A stretch of 64,000 nucleotides of DNA, from NCBI GenBank assembly GCA_963555825.3, contig CAUVXB020000001.1, positions 1,056,001 to 1,120,000 on the forward strand. The letters run 5' to 3'. This stretch comes from Alphaproteobacteria bacterium (GTDB lineage Bacteria; Pseudomonadota; Alphaproteobacteria; JAAXGF01). Below the pieces are notes generated by a model. The model made no database searches, had not been told where the DNA came from, and worked only from the letters and a program-made list of their open reading frames with translations. Each line of letters opens with the position of its first letter. Positions within the stretch are counted from its first letter, which is position 1. Positions 13,060-23,510 of the stretch are shown in pieces. The translations under genes were made by a program, and so were the position numbers.

Positions 13060-13923
13060 TCAGGCGCCCGCAGCGACCTCGGCGAGCCAGTCGCGGACGA
13101 CGGCGATTTGGTCGTCGCTCATCAGCGCGGGCGCGTGGCCGACGCCGGCGAACTCGACGAGGCGCGCGGTCGGTCCGCGCGTCGTCATCTCGGCGGCCGC
13201 GTCGGCCGGCAGCACGTCCGACGTTTCGCCGCGCAGCACCATGACCGGGCAACTGAGCGCGTCCCACAACGGCCAAAGCTCGACGTCGGCCTTGGGCGGC
13301 GCACTCTCGAAGGCATCGCCGATCGCCGGGTCGTAGGCGAGGCCAAAACGACCGTCCGGCTTGGGCCGCGCGCTGATTTCCGCCATATGCCGCCATTGTT
13401 CGTCGGTCAACGGGCCGAATCCGGCATAGGTCTCGCGCAGGTACGCCTCGATCCCGGCCTTATCGTCGAACGACGGATCGGCGCCGGCATAGGCGCCGAT
13501 GCGCTCGAGCGCGGCGCGCGGCAGGACCGCGCCGATATCGTTGAGCAGCAGGCTGCGTACCGGGCTTTCGGGCAACGCCGCCGCGAGCATGCCGATCAGG
13601 CCGCCCATCGAGGTGCCGATCCAGTCGACCGTCGCGATGCCAAGGTGGTTGAGGAAGGCGAGCAGATGACCGACATAAGCCGGATTTGCGTAGCCCGCCG
13701 AATCAGCGAGCCAGTCGCTCTTGCCGCGGCCGACGACGTCGGGGCAGATGACCCGCCGCTCACCGGCCAGCGCGGCGGCCAACACATCGAAGTCGCGACC
13801 GTTGCGCGTCAGGCCATGGACGCAGAGAACGGCCCGCGCGTCCGACGCCACGCCCCATTCGGTATAGGCGAGGCGCAGCACCGCGCCGTCCGTGCCCGGC
13901 GTCTCGAACCAGTTCTGCTGCAT
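13060..13923 (-). CDS. Alpha/beta hydrolase
   Basis: HGLTRN, GTSMGG nucleophile elbow, GHAP. Confidence 0.9.
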   Translation of the reverse strand: MQQNWFETPGTDGAVLRLAYTEWGVASDARAVLCVHGLTRNGRDFDVLAAALAGERRVICPDVVGRGKSDWLADSAGYANPAYVGHLLAFLNHLGIATVDWIGTSMGGLIGMLAAALPESPVRSLLLNDIGAVLPRAALERIGAYAGADPSFDDKAGIEAYLRETYAGFGPLTDEQWRHMAEISARPKPDGRFGLAYDPAIGDAFESAPPKADVELWPLWDALSCPVMVLRGETSDVLPADAAAEMTTRGPTARLVEFAGVGHAPALMSDDQIAVVRDWLAEVAAGA

Positions 13924-13938
13924 CGGGGGACCGGTCCG

Positions 13939-15096
13939 CTAGCCTTCTGCCGCTTGGAGCGCCGGCGCGCCGTCGGCGATCTCGACGAAGGTGTCGGGGA
14001 AGAAGCCGTTGAACTGGGTGCGCAGCGCGCTGCCGTAGGCGCCGATCTGGTCGATTTCGATCCAGTCGCCCTCGCGGACGTCGTCGGGCAGGCGGAACGG
14101 AAACGGCAGCACGTCGATCGAATCGCAGGTCGGTCCGCCAACCGTGAAGTCGCGCGTCGTCGCCGACGGTTCGCCGTCGAGGCGGACCAGGCGTACCGGC
14201 ATCTGGATGCGCGCCGTCACCATCTCCGACAGGCTGCCGTAGATGCCGTCGTTGATGTAGATCTGGTCGTCCTTGCGCAGCTGGACCTGGACGACCAGCG
14301 AGCAACAATCGGCGACGATCGCGCGGCCCGGCTCGCACATGACGACACAGTCGCGGCGCAGGTCGAGCGCCGCGAGGCCGGTGTTGATCGCCTCGATATA
14401 GTCCTCGAAAGGCGGCATGTTGACGCCGACGTAGGCCGCCGGAAATCCGCCGCCGACGTCGAGGAATTGCAGGTCGGTCTTGGCCGCCTCGGCGATCTCG
14501 CCGACCAGCTCGAGCGCCGTGCGGTAGGCGTGCGGGGTCAGACACTGCGAGCCGACGTGAAACGCCAAGCCGCCCTGGCAGCCTTCCTTGTGGACTTCCT
14601 TGAGCAGATCGGCGGCCATCGCGGGACGCGCGCCGAATTTCGTCGAGAGATCGTAGATCGCGCCGGCGCTGGGCGTCGCCAAGCGGACGATGATCGCGAC
14701 CCCCTCGCCGCCGGTCTCGTCGATCACCTTGGCGAGCTCGCTCGGGTGGTCGATGACGAAGTGGCGCACGCCGTAGACCTCGTAGGCGGTGTTGATCACG
14801 GCGCGGCCCTTGACCGGGTGCATGAAATAGGCGCCGGCGTCGCGGAACAGCTCGCGCACCTGGGCGATCTCGGGCAGCGACGCGGTATCGAAATGGCGGA
14901 TGCCGGCGTCGTAGAGCGCCTGCAGCACGCGCGGGTGCGGGTTGCACTTGATGGCGTACAGCACGCGGCCGGGGAACTGCTCGAGGAAGCGGCCCGTCGT
15001 CTCGGCGAGCACATGGGGTCTCAGGCAGTATATCGGATAGCTCGGCGTCATCGCCGCGACCATCGATTTCACGTCGTCGAACTTGGTTCCTGGCAT
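13939..15096 (-). CDS. Fold-type III PLP ornithine/lysine decarboxylase
   Basis: YAIKCNP, STKFG, FHVGSQ, DVGGGFP, EPGR, GPTCDS, GAY motifs. Confidence 0.92.
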   Translation of the reverse strand: MPGTKFDDVKSMVAAMTPSYPIYCLRPHVLAETTGRFLEQFPGRVLYAIKCNPHPRVLQALYDAGIRHFDTASLPEIAQVRELFRDAGAYFMHPVKGRAVINTAYEVYGVRHFVIDHPSELAKVIDETGGEGVAIIVRLATPSAGAIYDLSTKFGARPAMAADLLKEVHKEGCQGGLAFHVGSQCLTPHAYRTALELVGEIAEAAKTDLQFLDVGGGFPAAYVGVNMPPFEDYIEAINTGLAALDLRRDCVVMCEPGRAIVADCCSLVVQVQLRKDDQIYINDGIYGSLSEMVTARIQMPVRLVRLDGEPSATTRDFTVGGPTCDSIDVLPFPFRLPDDVREGDWIEIDQIGAYGSALRTQFNGFFPDTFVEIADGAPALQAAEG

Positions 15097-15216
15097 CTAT
15101 CCTCCGCGCGGGCTTGGGAGTGTCCCGCATTCAGGTTTATACGAAACCGGCGCGGTGCGCTATTCACCCATTGTCCGTCACGGCGCGGACGCTATGGTAC
15201 TTACGAGGGATTGAAG

Positions 15217-15987
15217 GTGGACATCGACTTCGGCAAGACGGCCGCCGACTTCGGCGCCTATCGCGCGGGCTTTCCCGACGCACTCAACGACAGGCTCGCG
15301 GCCTTCGGCATCGGCGGGATGAGCCAGCGCATGCTCGACCTCGGCACCGGCACTGGCGCGCTCGGACGCGGCTTCGCCCTGCGTGGCTGCGCGGTCACCG
15401 GGCTCGACCCCTCGACATCGTTGATCGAGGAAGCCAAGCAACTCGATGCCGCGGCCGGTGTCGAGACGCGTTATATCGTCGGCAGTGCCGAGGACACCGG
15501 CGAGCCGACGGCGTGCTACGATATCGTCGGCGCCGGCCAATGCTGGCACTGGTTCGACCGGCCCCGGGCGGCCGTCGAGACGCGCCGGCTGCTGGTCCCC
15601 GGCGGCTGGCTGGTGATCGCGCATTTCGACTGGATTCCCCTGTCCGGCAACGTGGTCGACGCAACCGAAAAGCTGATCGAGACACACAATCCCGCGTGGC
15701 CTTACGGCGGCCTGCCCGGCATGCACCCCGCCTGGCTCGCCGACGCCGCCACCGCCGGCTTCCGCGATATCGAGACCTTCTCATTCGATTTGGACGTTTC
15801 CTACAGTCACGAGGCATGGCGCGGCCGCATCCGCGCCAGCGCCGGCATCGGCGCGAGCCTGGCGCCCGAGGCGGTCGCGCGTTTCGACGCCGAACACGCG
15901 GCCATGCTCGCGGAACGTTTCGCCGCCGACCCGCTCGCCGTGCCACACCGCACCTTCGCCGTCGTCTGCCGCACGCCCGCCGCGTAA
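15217..15987 (+). CDS. Class I SAM-dependent methyltransferase
   Basis: LDLGTGTG, AGQCWHWF; GTG start 6 nt after GAGGGA. Confidence 0.88.
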   Translation: MDIDFGKTAADFGAYRAGFPDALNDRLAAFGIGGMSQRMLDLGTGTGALGRGFALRGCAVTGLDPSTSLIEEAKQLDAAAGVETRYIVGSAEDTGEPTACYDIVGAGQCWHWFDRPRAAVETRRLLVPGGWLVIAHFDWIPLSGNVVDATEKLIETHNPAWPYGGLPGMHPAWLADAATAGFRDIETFSFDLDVSYSHEAWRGRIRASAGIGASLAPEAVARFDAEHAAMLAERFAADPLAVPHRTFAVVCRTPAA

Positions 15988-16061
15988 CCGTAGTCGCGTT
16001 TCACATGAAAAACACGACATATCATTTTGTTTTAACTCTGTTATCCTGAACGTGTCATACC

Positions 16062-18434
16062 GTGTCTGACTCACGTTGGCGGACCTTCAAGACGTGGGTT
16101 TTGCGCGGCGTCATACTCGTTTCTCTGCTCGCCGGTACCGCGCTCGCCGTCGGCTATTGGGTGTTGCGCAGCTCGTTGCCGAACCTCGAGGGGCGACACG
16201 CGGTGGCCGGCTTGGACAGTTCGATCGAGATCGTCCGTGGCGCCTTCGGCGTGCCCCATATCTTTGCCGGCACCGCCACAGACGCCTACTTCGGCCTCGG
16301 CTTCGCACACGCCCAGGACCGGCTATGGCAGATGGAGGTACAGCGTCGCGTCGGCGCCGGCCGCCTGTCCGAGGTGCTCGGCACGGCGACCCTCGATCTC
16401 GACAAGTTCTTTCGGACCCTGGGGCTGGTCCGCGCCGCCGCACAATCGCTCGCAGCGGTCGACGATGCGACACGCGCCGTACTCGGCGCCTACGCCGCCG
16501 GCGTCAACGCCTTCCTGGCAACGCGAAAGGGTCTTCTGCCGCCCGAATTCCTGATCCTGCGCGCGCCAGCGCCGGAACCGTGGTCGGCCGTCGATTCGAT
16601 CGTCGTGCTCAAGCTGATGACCTGGCAGCTGAGCATGAACTGGCGCGACGAGCTGCTGCGCGCCCGCCTCGCCGACCGACTCGCGCCCGATCGGATCGAC
16701 GAGCTTTGGCCGCCGTACCCGGCCGATGCACCGGCCACCCTGCTCGACCTTTCGACCACGATGCTCGATGCTCTGTGGACACGAACGCCGTCCGGCGCCG
16801 GCCCGGGCACCGGCTCGAACAACTGGGCGGTCGCCGGCGCGCGCAGTGCGAGCGGCAAGCCGTTGCTCGCCAACGACCCGCATCTGGGGCTCAGCGCGCC
16901 GGGGCCGCTCTATCTCGCGCATCTCTCGGCGCCCGGGTTCGATCTCGTCGGCGCCACCCTGCCGGGCCTGCCGAACATCGTGCTCGGCCACAACGGCCGC
17001 ATCGCCTGGAGCCTGACGACGACCGGCGCCGACACCCAGGACCTGTTCGTCGAGCGACCCGATCCGGCCGACCCGGCGCGCTATCTCATGCCCGACGGGC
17101 CGATGCCGTTCGAGGCCCGCCGCGAGGTCATCGCGGTGCGCGGCGCGGCCGACGTCGAGATCACGGTGCGCGAGAGCCGCCACGGGCCGATCGTCTCGGA
17201 CGTCATCGACGACGCCGGGAACGGCGAACCGCTGGCGCTGCGCTGGACCGCGCTCGACGCCGACGACACCTCGCCGCAAGGGCTCCTCAAGCTCGACGCC
17301 GCGCAAGACTGGGACGCCTTCCTCGACGCCACGCGCGACATCCACGCGCCACAGCAGAACGTCGTCTACGCCGACGTCGACGGCAATATCGGCTTCTACG
17401 CGCCGGCGCGGGTGCCGATCCGCAAGGCAGGCGACGGCAGCGTGCCGGTCCCCGGCTGGACCGGTGATCATGACTGGATCGGCTACATTCCGTTCGACGA
17501 ACTGCCGCACAGCTTGAACCCATCGCGCGGCGTCATCGTCACCGCCAACAACCGGATCGTGCCCGATGGCTACCCCTATCTGATCGCGCGCGACTGGGCG
17601 CCACCCTACCGCGCGCGCCGCATCGAGGAACTGATCGCCGGGCAGCCCCGGCACACGCCCGAGAGCTTCCGCGTCATCCAGGCCGATGTCGTCTCGCTGA
17701 TGGCGCGCGACATGCTGCCGCATCTGGCCTCGGCCGAGCCGGGCACGGCGGCCGGTCGCGAGATCCAAGGGCTGCTCGCCGGTTGGGACGGGACCATGGC
17801 CGCGGACCGACCCGAGCCGTTGATCTTCTGGGCGTGGTATCGGGAGCTGACACGGTTGGTCTACGCGGACGAACTCGGCGATCTGTTCGGCGGCGCCTGG
17901 GGACCACGGCCGTTGTTCCTGCGTTGGGTGCTCGGCGGCGGCGGTGCGCGTTGGTGCGACGATATTGGCACCGACACGGTCGAGAGCTGCGCCGCGCGGG
18001 CCGCCACGGCCCTCGATAGCGCCGCCGCCGATCTCGCCGCGCAATACGGCGACGATCCGGCGGCGTGGCGTTGGGGCGATGCGCATGCCGCCGACCACGG
18101 CCACCCGGTGTTCCGCAATCGCGCGCTGCTCGGCGCACTGTTCGGCTACCGCCAAGGCAACGGCGGCGATCACTACACGATCAACGCGGCGGGCTTCACG
18201 CTCGGCAATGAATCCGCGCCCTTCACGCAGGTCCACGGTCCGGCGTTCCGGGCGATTTACGATCTCGCCGATCTCGAACGCTCGCTGTTCGTGCCGAGCA
18301 CGGGGCAGTCGGGCCATCCCCTGTCGCCGCACTACCGCGACACCGCCGAGCGCTGGCTGGCGCACCGGCCCTTCGCGATTCCAACCAGCCGCGAGGCAAT
18401 CGAGGGTCCACGCATCGTACTAACACCGCGTTGA
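16062..18434 (+). CDS. Penicillin acylase family (Ntn hydrolase)
   Basis: GVPHI, AQDRLWQM, GSNNWAV cleavage site, LANDPHL, GQSGH; N-terminal TM anchor. Confidence 0.93.
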   Translation: MSDSRWRTFKTWVLRGVILVSLLAGTALAVGYWVLRSSLPNLEGRHAVAGLDSSIEIVRGAFGVPHIFAGTATDAYFGLGFAHAQDRLWQMEVQRRVGAGRLSEVLGTATLDLDKFFRTLGLVRAAAQSLAAVDDATRAVLGAYAAGVNAFLATRKGLLPPEFLILRAPAPEPWSAVDSIVVLKLMTWQLSMNWRDELLRARLADRLAPDRIDELWPPYPADAPATLLDLSTTMLDALWTRTPSGAGPGTGSNNWAVAGARSASGKPLLANDPHLGLSAPGPLYLAHLSAPGFDLVGATLPGLPNIVLGHNGRIAWSLTTTGADTQDLFVERPDPADPARYLMPDGPMPFEARREVIAVRGAADVEITVRESRHGPIVSDVIDDAGNGEPLALRWTALDADDTSPQGLLKLDAAQDWDAFLDATRDIHAPQQNVVYADVDGNIGFYAPARVPIRKAGDGSVPVPGWTGDHDWIGYIPFDELPHSLNPSRGVIVTANNRIVPDGYPYLIARDWAPPYRARRIEELIAGQPRHTPESFRVIQADVVSLMARDMLPHLASAEPGTAAGREIQGLLAGWDGTMAADRPEPLIFWAWYRELTRLVYADELGDLFGGAWGPRPLFLRWVLGGGGARWCDDIGTDTVESCAARAATALDSAAADLAAQYGDDPAAWRWGDAHAADHGHPVFRNRALLGALFGYRQGNGGDHYTINAAGFTLGNESAPFTQVHGPAFRAIYDLADLERSLFVPSTGQSGHPLSPHYRDTAERWLAHRPFAIPTSREAIEGPRIVLTPR

Positions 18435-18503
18435 GACGGAGGCGCGTGCCGGCGCTGGCGATTTCGCCTATTCTCGAACGAGTTGGATGCAAGGGAGATC
18501 GTC

Positions 18504-19269
18504 ATGGACTTTACTGGTAAGCGTGTTCTCGTCACCGGCGGCACGCGGGGTATCGGCCGCGCCACCGTCGAGGGTTTCCTCGCGGCGGGCGCGCACGTGG
18601 CGGTCAATGGCTCGACGGCCGAGACGGCCGGGCGCGCCGTCGCCGAGCTCGACGCCGGCGACAACGCCTTCGCCGTGCCGGGCAACATCGGCACGGTCGC
18701 CGGCTGCCGCGCGACCGTCGCCGCGGCGATCGAGGGCCTCGGCGGGCTCGACGTGCTGGTCAACAACGCCGGCGCCGCCGAGGGCCGGGCGCTCGCCGAT
18801 TGTGACGAAGCGCAGTGGGACCGGATCGTCGATACCAACTTGAAGGGCACCTTCTTCAGCATCCAGGCGGCGGCGCCGGCGCTCAAGGAAGCGCGCGGCT
18901 GCATCGTCAACATCGGCTCGATCCTTGGCGTCCGCGGCAGCGGCCACTTCAGTTCGATCTATTGCGCCTCGAAGGGCGGCGTGGTGAACCTGACGCGCGA
19001 TCTCGCCATCGAGCTCGGCCCCGAGATCCGCGTCAACTGCCTGTGCCCCGGCGCGATCGACACCGATGCTGCAGGGCCTCGCCGCCCGACTCGGCGACGG
19101 CGATATCGAGAAAGGCTACGACGCGGCTCTGAGCGCCAAGGCGCCCTTGCGCCGGGTCGCGAGGCCGCAAGAAATGGCCAACGCCGTACTCTACCTCGCC
19201 TCGGATATGGCGAGCTTCGTCACCGGCTCGATCCACCTCGCCGACGCGGGCATGTCGGCCGGCACCTGA
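18504..19269 (+). pseudogene. SDR oxidoreductase, frameshifted near 19065 (pseudogene or sequencing error)
   Basis: TGGTRGIG, NNAG, YCASK, RVNCLCPGAIDT in one frame; C-terminus (LYLASD..SFVTG) continues in ORF 19066-19269. Confidence 0.8.
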
Positions 19270-19397
19270 GTCGGCATTTCGGGCGCTGTGAACGAGTTGC
19301 TCGACGTCGCGGCCGTCTACCCGAGCAATCTACCCGTTCGATTGGGATCCCGATATGATCACCGCTTGACCGGCCACGCGCCTTAGGAAGACCGACG

Positions 19398-20210
19398 ATG
19401 GAACTCTTCAAGTTCTCCCCGGGCACGACGCCCTTGCTGGTCAGCATGCCGCATTGCGGCACCCATGTGCCCGACGCAATCGCCGGGCGCTTCACGCCGG
19501 TCGCGCACTCGCTGACCGACACCGATTGGCACGTCGACCGGCTTTACGACTTCGCCGCCGACTTGGGCGCCGGCGTGCTCGCCGCGACCCATTCGCGCTA
19601 CGTCATCGACCTCAACCGGCCGGCAGACGATCAGCCGCTCTATCCGGGCGCCGCGGGCACCGGCCTGTGCCCGGCGACGACGTTTGCGGGCGAGCCGCTC
19701 TACCAAGCCGGCGCCGGGCCCGACGAAGCCGAGAAGGCGCGGCGGCTGGAAACCTACTGGCGGCCCTATCACGAGCGGCTCGCCGCCGAACTCGCCCGGC
19801 TCAAGGCCGAACACGGCGTGGCGCTGCTCTACGAGGCGCATTCGATCCGCTCCGAGGTGCCGCGCCTGTTCGACGGCCGCCTGCCCGATCTCAACCTGGG
19901 CAGCGCCGACGGCGCTTCGCTCGACGCCGGCCTCGCGTCGCGGCTGGAAGCCGTGTGCGCGGCGGCCGACGGTTTCACCTGGGTGCACAACGGCCGCTTC
20001 AAGGGCGGCTACACGACGCGCGCCTACGGCGACCCGGCGAACGGCGTGCACGCCGTGCAGATGGAACAGTCGCAGATCACTTACATGGTCGAGGAACCGC
20101 CGTTCGACTATCTGGCCGAGCACGCCGAGCTGGTCCGCCCGACACTGCGCGCGCTGTTGGCCGAGATGCTCGACTGGGCGGCGTCACGACAGGGAGATGA
20201 AAATGGCTGA
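19398..20210 (+). CDS. hutG: N-formylglutamate deformylase
   Basis: SMPHCG, DTDWHV, SRYVIDLNRP, AHSIRS, NGRFKGGY. Confidence 0.92.
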   Translation: MELFKFSPGTTPLLVSMPHCGTHVPDAIAGRFTPVAHSLTDTDWHVDRLYDFAADLGAGVLAATHSRYVIDLNRPADDQPLYPGAAGTGLCPATTFAGEPLYQAGAGPDEAEKARRLETYWRPYHERLAAELARLKAEHGVALLYEAHSIRSEVPRLFDGRLPDLNLGSADGASLDAGLASRLEAVCAAADGFTWVHNGRFKGGYTTRAYGDPANGVHAVQMEQSQITYMVEEPPFDYLAEHAELVRPTLRALLAEMLDWAASRQGDENG

Positions 20211-20646
20211 AACACACGAAGGCGGCTGCGCCTGCGGCGCGGTGCGCTATCGGACGACCGCTGAACCGGTTCGCGTCGCGGCCTGCGCCTGCACCTGGTG
20301 CCAGAAGCGCACCGGCAGCGCGTTCGGCATCTCGGTGTATTTCAACGACGCCGAGGTCGAGTTTCTGCAAGGCTCGCTCCGCAAGCACCGCCTCGCCTCG
20401 GATGCCGGGCGCTGGTTGGAGAGCCAATTCTGCGAGGCCTGCGGCACGACCGTCACCTGGACCCTCGAGTTGCGCCCGGGATGGACCGGCATCGCCGGCG
20501 GCACCTTCGATCAGCCGACCTTCTGGTACGACCTCGAAGCCGTCGTCTTCGCGCGCTCGATGCCCGACTGGATGGTCATACCGGACGGCCTCGACGTCCA
20601 CGACACCATGCCCGGGCGCCCGTCGGTGACGGGGTCGGGCGAATAG
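20203..20646 (+). CDS. GFA family (CENP-V) Zn-binding protein
   Basis: GGCACGAVRY, CACTWCQK, FCEACGT cysteine pattern. Confidence 0.88.
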   Translation: MAETHEGGCACGAVRYRTTAEPVRVAACACTWCQKRTGSAFGISVYFNDAEVEFLQGSLRKHRLASDAGRWLESQFCEACGTTVTWTLELRPGWTGIAGGTFDQPTFWYDLEAVVFARSMPDWMVIPDGLDVHDTMPGRPSVTGSGE

Positions 20647-20656
20647 CGCGCGGGCC

Positions 20657-22057
20657 TCAGACGCCCCGTTTCGCTTTCGTGACCATGCCGGCCGGCCCCT
20701 GGCTGGCGAACCAGCGTGTCACCGGGTCGGCCACGCGGCCCTGCTGCTGAAGGCGATCGACGCGATCGACCGCGCGGCGCACCAACGCACCGCCGACATA
20801 GCGTATCGGCTCGGGCGGGAAGTCGGGCGCCGGCCGCCGGACCAAGCCACTCGACGACCACTCGTCGTCGTGCTCCAGGACGAGCGAGGCCAGCACCTTG
20901 CCCATCAGCCGGCTGGGCCCGACGCCGTTGCCGGAAAAGCCGACGCAGAAGAATATGTTGGCGCAACCGGGCAGCGGACCGGCCATCGGCACGCCGGTCC
21001 AGTTGCGATCGATCGGGCCACACCAGCTGTGCTCGATCTCGACGTCGGCGAGCGCCGGGATACCCTGGGCCAGGTTCTCGCGCATCGCGCCCAGGCGGTG
21101 GGCGTGGCCTTCGAAGAAGTCGCCGACCCGGCCGGCGAACGCCAACCCGCCGCCGCCCTTGCCGAACTCGACGCGGCCATCGCTGGTCGGCCGATAATTC
21201 GCGATCATTACCCGGCTGTCGGTCGTGCCGGGTCCGTCGGCGAAGCCGAGATCGGCGAGCCGTTCGGGCATCGGCGGCGTGATCGCGGCTTCGGCGGCGG
21301 TGACGACGAAGGCGCGCCGCAGCTCGGGCAGCGCGGCGGCCCAGGCGTTCATGGCGATGACGACCTTGTCGGCGGTGACGACACCTTTGTCGGTGACGAC
21401 GCGGGCGGGACTTCGGCGCTCCAGCCGGGTCATCGGGCTGCTCTCGAAAATGCGCACGCCGTTCTCGAGCGCGACCCGGCGCAGGCCGCGCACCAGTTTG
21501 GCGGGTTGAACGAGCATGCAGCTCGGCTCCAGGACGCCATCGACGTGGCCCTCGATGCCCCAGCGGTCGGCGATCTCGCGGCCGGTCAGCCACTCGAACG
21601 GCGTGAGCTGGTGGCGCGCCAGCGTCGCGAGCACGTCGTCGAAGCCCTCGGCCTGGCCGCTACACGTCGCGCCCCACAGCCAGCCGGGCCGCCGCAGCGC
21701 GGCATCGATTGCGTGTCGTTCGCAGAACGCCGCGATCTCGCCGACCGCGTCGGCCGCCGCACCGGCGACGCGCACCGCTTCATCGCTCGGCATCATCTCC
21801 AGGAGCGTCGGAAACTTGGCCCACAGGTTGATGATGTAGCCGGCGTTCCGGCCGCTCGCGCCGCCGCCGCAGATGTCGCGCTCGATCACGACGACATCGC
21901 GTGATGGTTCTCTCTCCTTGATGGTCAACGCGGTCCACAGGCCGCAGAAGCCGCCGCCGACGATGACGACGTCGGCGCGTTCCTCGCCGGCCAGCGCGGG
22001 GGCCACCGCCGTGTCGGTGGCGAGGGCCTGCTTCAGCCAATGACTGCGCACATGCAC
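20657..22057 (-). CDS. FAD-dependent oxidoreductase (DAO/PuuB-like)
   Basis: VGGGFCG, GASGRNAG, GFSGNGVG. Confidence 0.88.
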   Translation of the reverse strand: MHVRSHWLKQALATDTAVAPALAGEERADVVIVGGGFCGLWTALTIKEREPSRDVVVIERDICGGGASGRNAGYIINLWAKFPTLLEMMPSDEAVRVAGAAADAVGEIAAFCERHAIDAALRRPGWLWGATCSGQAEGFDDVLATLARHQLTPFEWLTGREIADRWGIEGHVDGVLEPSCMLVQPAKLVRGLRRVALENGVRIFESSPMTRLERRSPARVVTDKGVVTADKVVIAMNAWAAALPELRRAFVVTAAEAAITPPMPERLADLGFADGPGTTDSRVMIANYRPTSDGRVEFGKGGGGLAFAGRVGDFFEGHAHRLGAMRENLAQGIPALADVEIEHSWCGPIDRNWTGVPMAGPLPGCANIFFCVGFSGNGVGPSRLMGKVLASLVLEHDDEWSSSGLVRRPAPDFPPEPIRYVGGALVRRAVDRVDRLQQQGRVADPVTRWFASQGPAGMVTKAKRGV

Positions 22058-22208
22058 CGTTCAGCCCCTACAACACTGATCCTTGGGTTTAAGGCTTGGT
22101 TCGGCACGCCGGTGGTCGACAAGCCGTGGCCCTGCGTTCTATCGCTTCAAGCCGTGCATCGGCATTCGGATGGTTCTACGCCGCGACCCCGAACCGATCT
22201 GACCCGGA

Positions 22209-22637
22209 TCACTCCGCTACCGCGTCACCGGAGCCACCGAGTTCCGCGGGAAAATCTTTCAGTTTGGGGCGACCGTCCTTCATCGGCAGAACCGTCTCTG
22301 CATAATTCACGTGAACAGCAGGCTCGAACTTCAAACTTGGCAAAATCGCGGCATAGACATCTATCAGGCCCCAATGCGGATGAACGGTCATGATGTGGCC
22401 GCCGCATTTCGTGCAGTAATGCCGCTCGCTGCGTTCGGTTTTGCCGTGTGTGCCGACATGATCGGCGCCCTTCGCGATCCGTACGGAGCCAGTCTGCCAT
22501 AACGTGAAGGCATTCACGGGTCCCGCCGACCAGGAACGGCAGGATTCACAGTGGCAATAGCCCATGGCTTCCGGCGCACCGGACACCTCGACCTCGACGG
22601 CCCCACAGAAGCAGTTTCCCTTATGATGATCGCTCAT
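22209..22637 (-). CDS. GFA family protein
   Basis: CFCGAV, CHCESCR, CTKCGG. Confidence 0.88.
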   Translation of the reverse strand: MSDHHKGNCFCGAVEVEVSGAPEAMGYCHCESCRSWSAGPVNAFTLWQTGSVRIAKGADHVGTHGKTERSERHYCTKCGGHIMTVHPHWGLIDVYAAILPSLKFEPAVHVNYAETVLPMKDGRPKLKDFPAELGGSGDAVAE

Positions 22638-22759
22638 TGAAGTACCCCCTTAATTGGAAATTTCGTGATTAACTCGCTAGCTAGGACCTCTAGATTAACC
22701 AGACGGCGCAATCTTAACCATGTTAAGCGCGCGGCCGTCGAGAACAAGCCGACAATCGA

Positions 22760-22880
22760 GCCCGACGCCGACATCGCGCCAATCGCCGTAATGCCGCGAA
22801 GCTCGCCGCCGGGGCCAACCGCGGGTACAATCGTGGCCCCGGCTCGCCATGGCGTCGCGGAATTCTCGCTGGTCGATGAC
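22760..22880 (-). pseudogene. Possible relic of a flavin-reductase-like gene N-terminus
   Basis: Minus strand reads (V)IDQREFRDAMAS then, after a frameshift, GATIVPAVGPGGELRGITA, resembling the FRDAM..F..GVTIVT..G..G...G.TA start of flavin reductases; GAGGA upstream. Confidence 0.4.
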
Positions 22881-23005
22881 CTGTCCTCGCAGGTCTTCGA
22901 TCACGCGGAGTTAACGCGCGATCTCCGGCGCCGGCAACCGTGCCAAGCATTGCCCCGGCGGCGATTTGGTCCCAGATTACACGCAGTCAACCGCGTCAGG
23001 CGCCA

Positions 23006-23506
23006 ATGGAACCGACACCGCAGAATTCCGAGATCGTCCCCGCCCGGGAGCCGGGCGCGCCGTGGCTCGACCATCTCGCCTACCCCGAGACCTATGGTGG
23101 CGTGACGATGCGGCGGCTCCTGGCCTATCTGGTCGACCTTTTGGTCATCGCGCCAACGGTTGCGGTCGTCGCGGTAATCTTCTGGATGCTCGGCGTCCTC
23201 ACCTTCGGCCTGCTGATGCCGCTTCTGGGCGTCATGCTGTTGGCCGTGCCCTTCTGCTACCACACGCTATTAATCGGCGGCACGGAATCGGCGACCTTCG
23301 GCATGCGCCTTTTCGGTCTGCAGGTGCGCCGCCTCGACGGTGGCCGCCCCGACCATATTCTGGCGGCGCTGCTGACCGCCGCGTTCTACATTTCGGTCGC
23401 GTTTACAGGCTGGCTGATCCTGCTCGTCGTCCTGTTCAACATGCGCGGCCGAGCGCTGCATGATTTCCTGTGCGGCACCGTCGTGATCAACGCGCGGGTA
23501 AGATGA
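23006..23506 (+). CDS. RDD family membrane protein
   Basis: RRLLAYLVD, TFGMRLFGL, RALHDFLCGTVV. Confidence 0.88.
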   Translation: MEPTPQNSEIVPAREPGAPWLDHLAYPETYGGVTMRRLLAYLVDLLVIAPTVAVVAVIFWMLGVLTFGLLMPLLGVMLLAVPFCYHTLLIGGTESATFGMRLFGLQVRRLDGGRPDHILAALLTAAFYISVAFTGWLILLVVLFNMRGRALHDFLCGTVVINARVR

Positions 23507-23510
23507 CGGC

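Noticed and set aside
13108-15216. 959-aa ORF and other long overlapping ORFs (10812 extension, 16323-18365, 26310-28022, 45523-47577, 48446-49351 extension of dapA)
   Set aside because: Shadow frames of real genes in high-GC DNA; only the motif-bearing parts were kept
15997-16012. parS-like palindrome CGTTTCACATGAAAAA
   Set aside because: Three mismatches to TGTTTCACGTGAAACA, single copy, no parAB or origin genes in the window; more likely part of an AT-rich promoter
19060-19070. Programmed frameshift in the SDR (and in the ISKra4-like transposase at 55414)
   Set aside because: No slippery heptamer; small indels fit long-read consensus error or ordinary pseudogenisation
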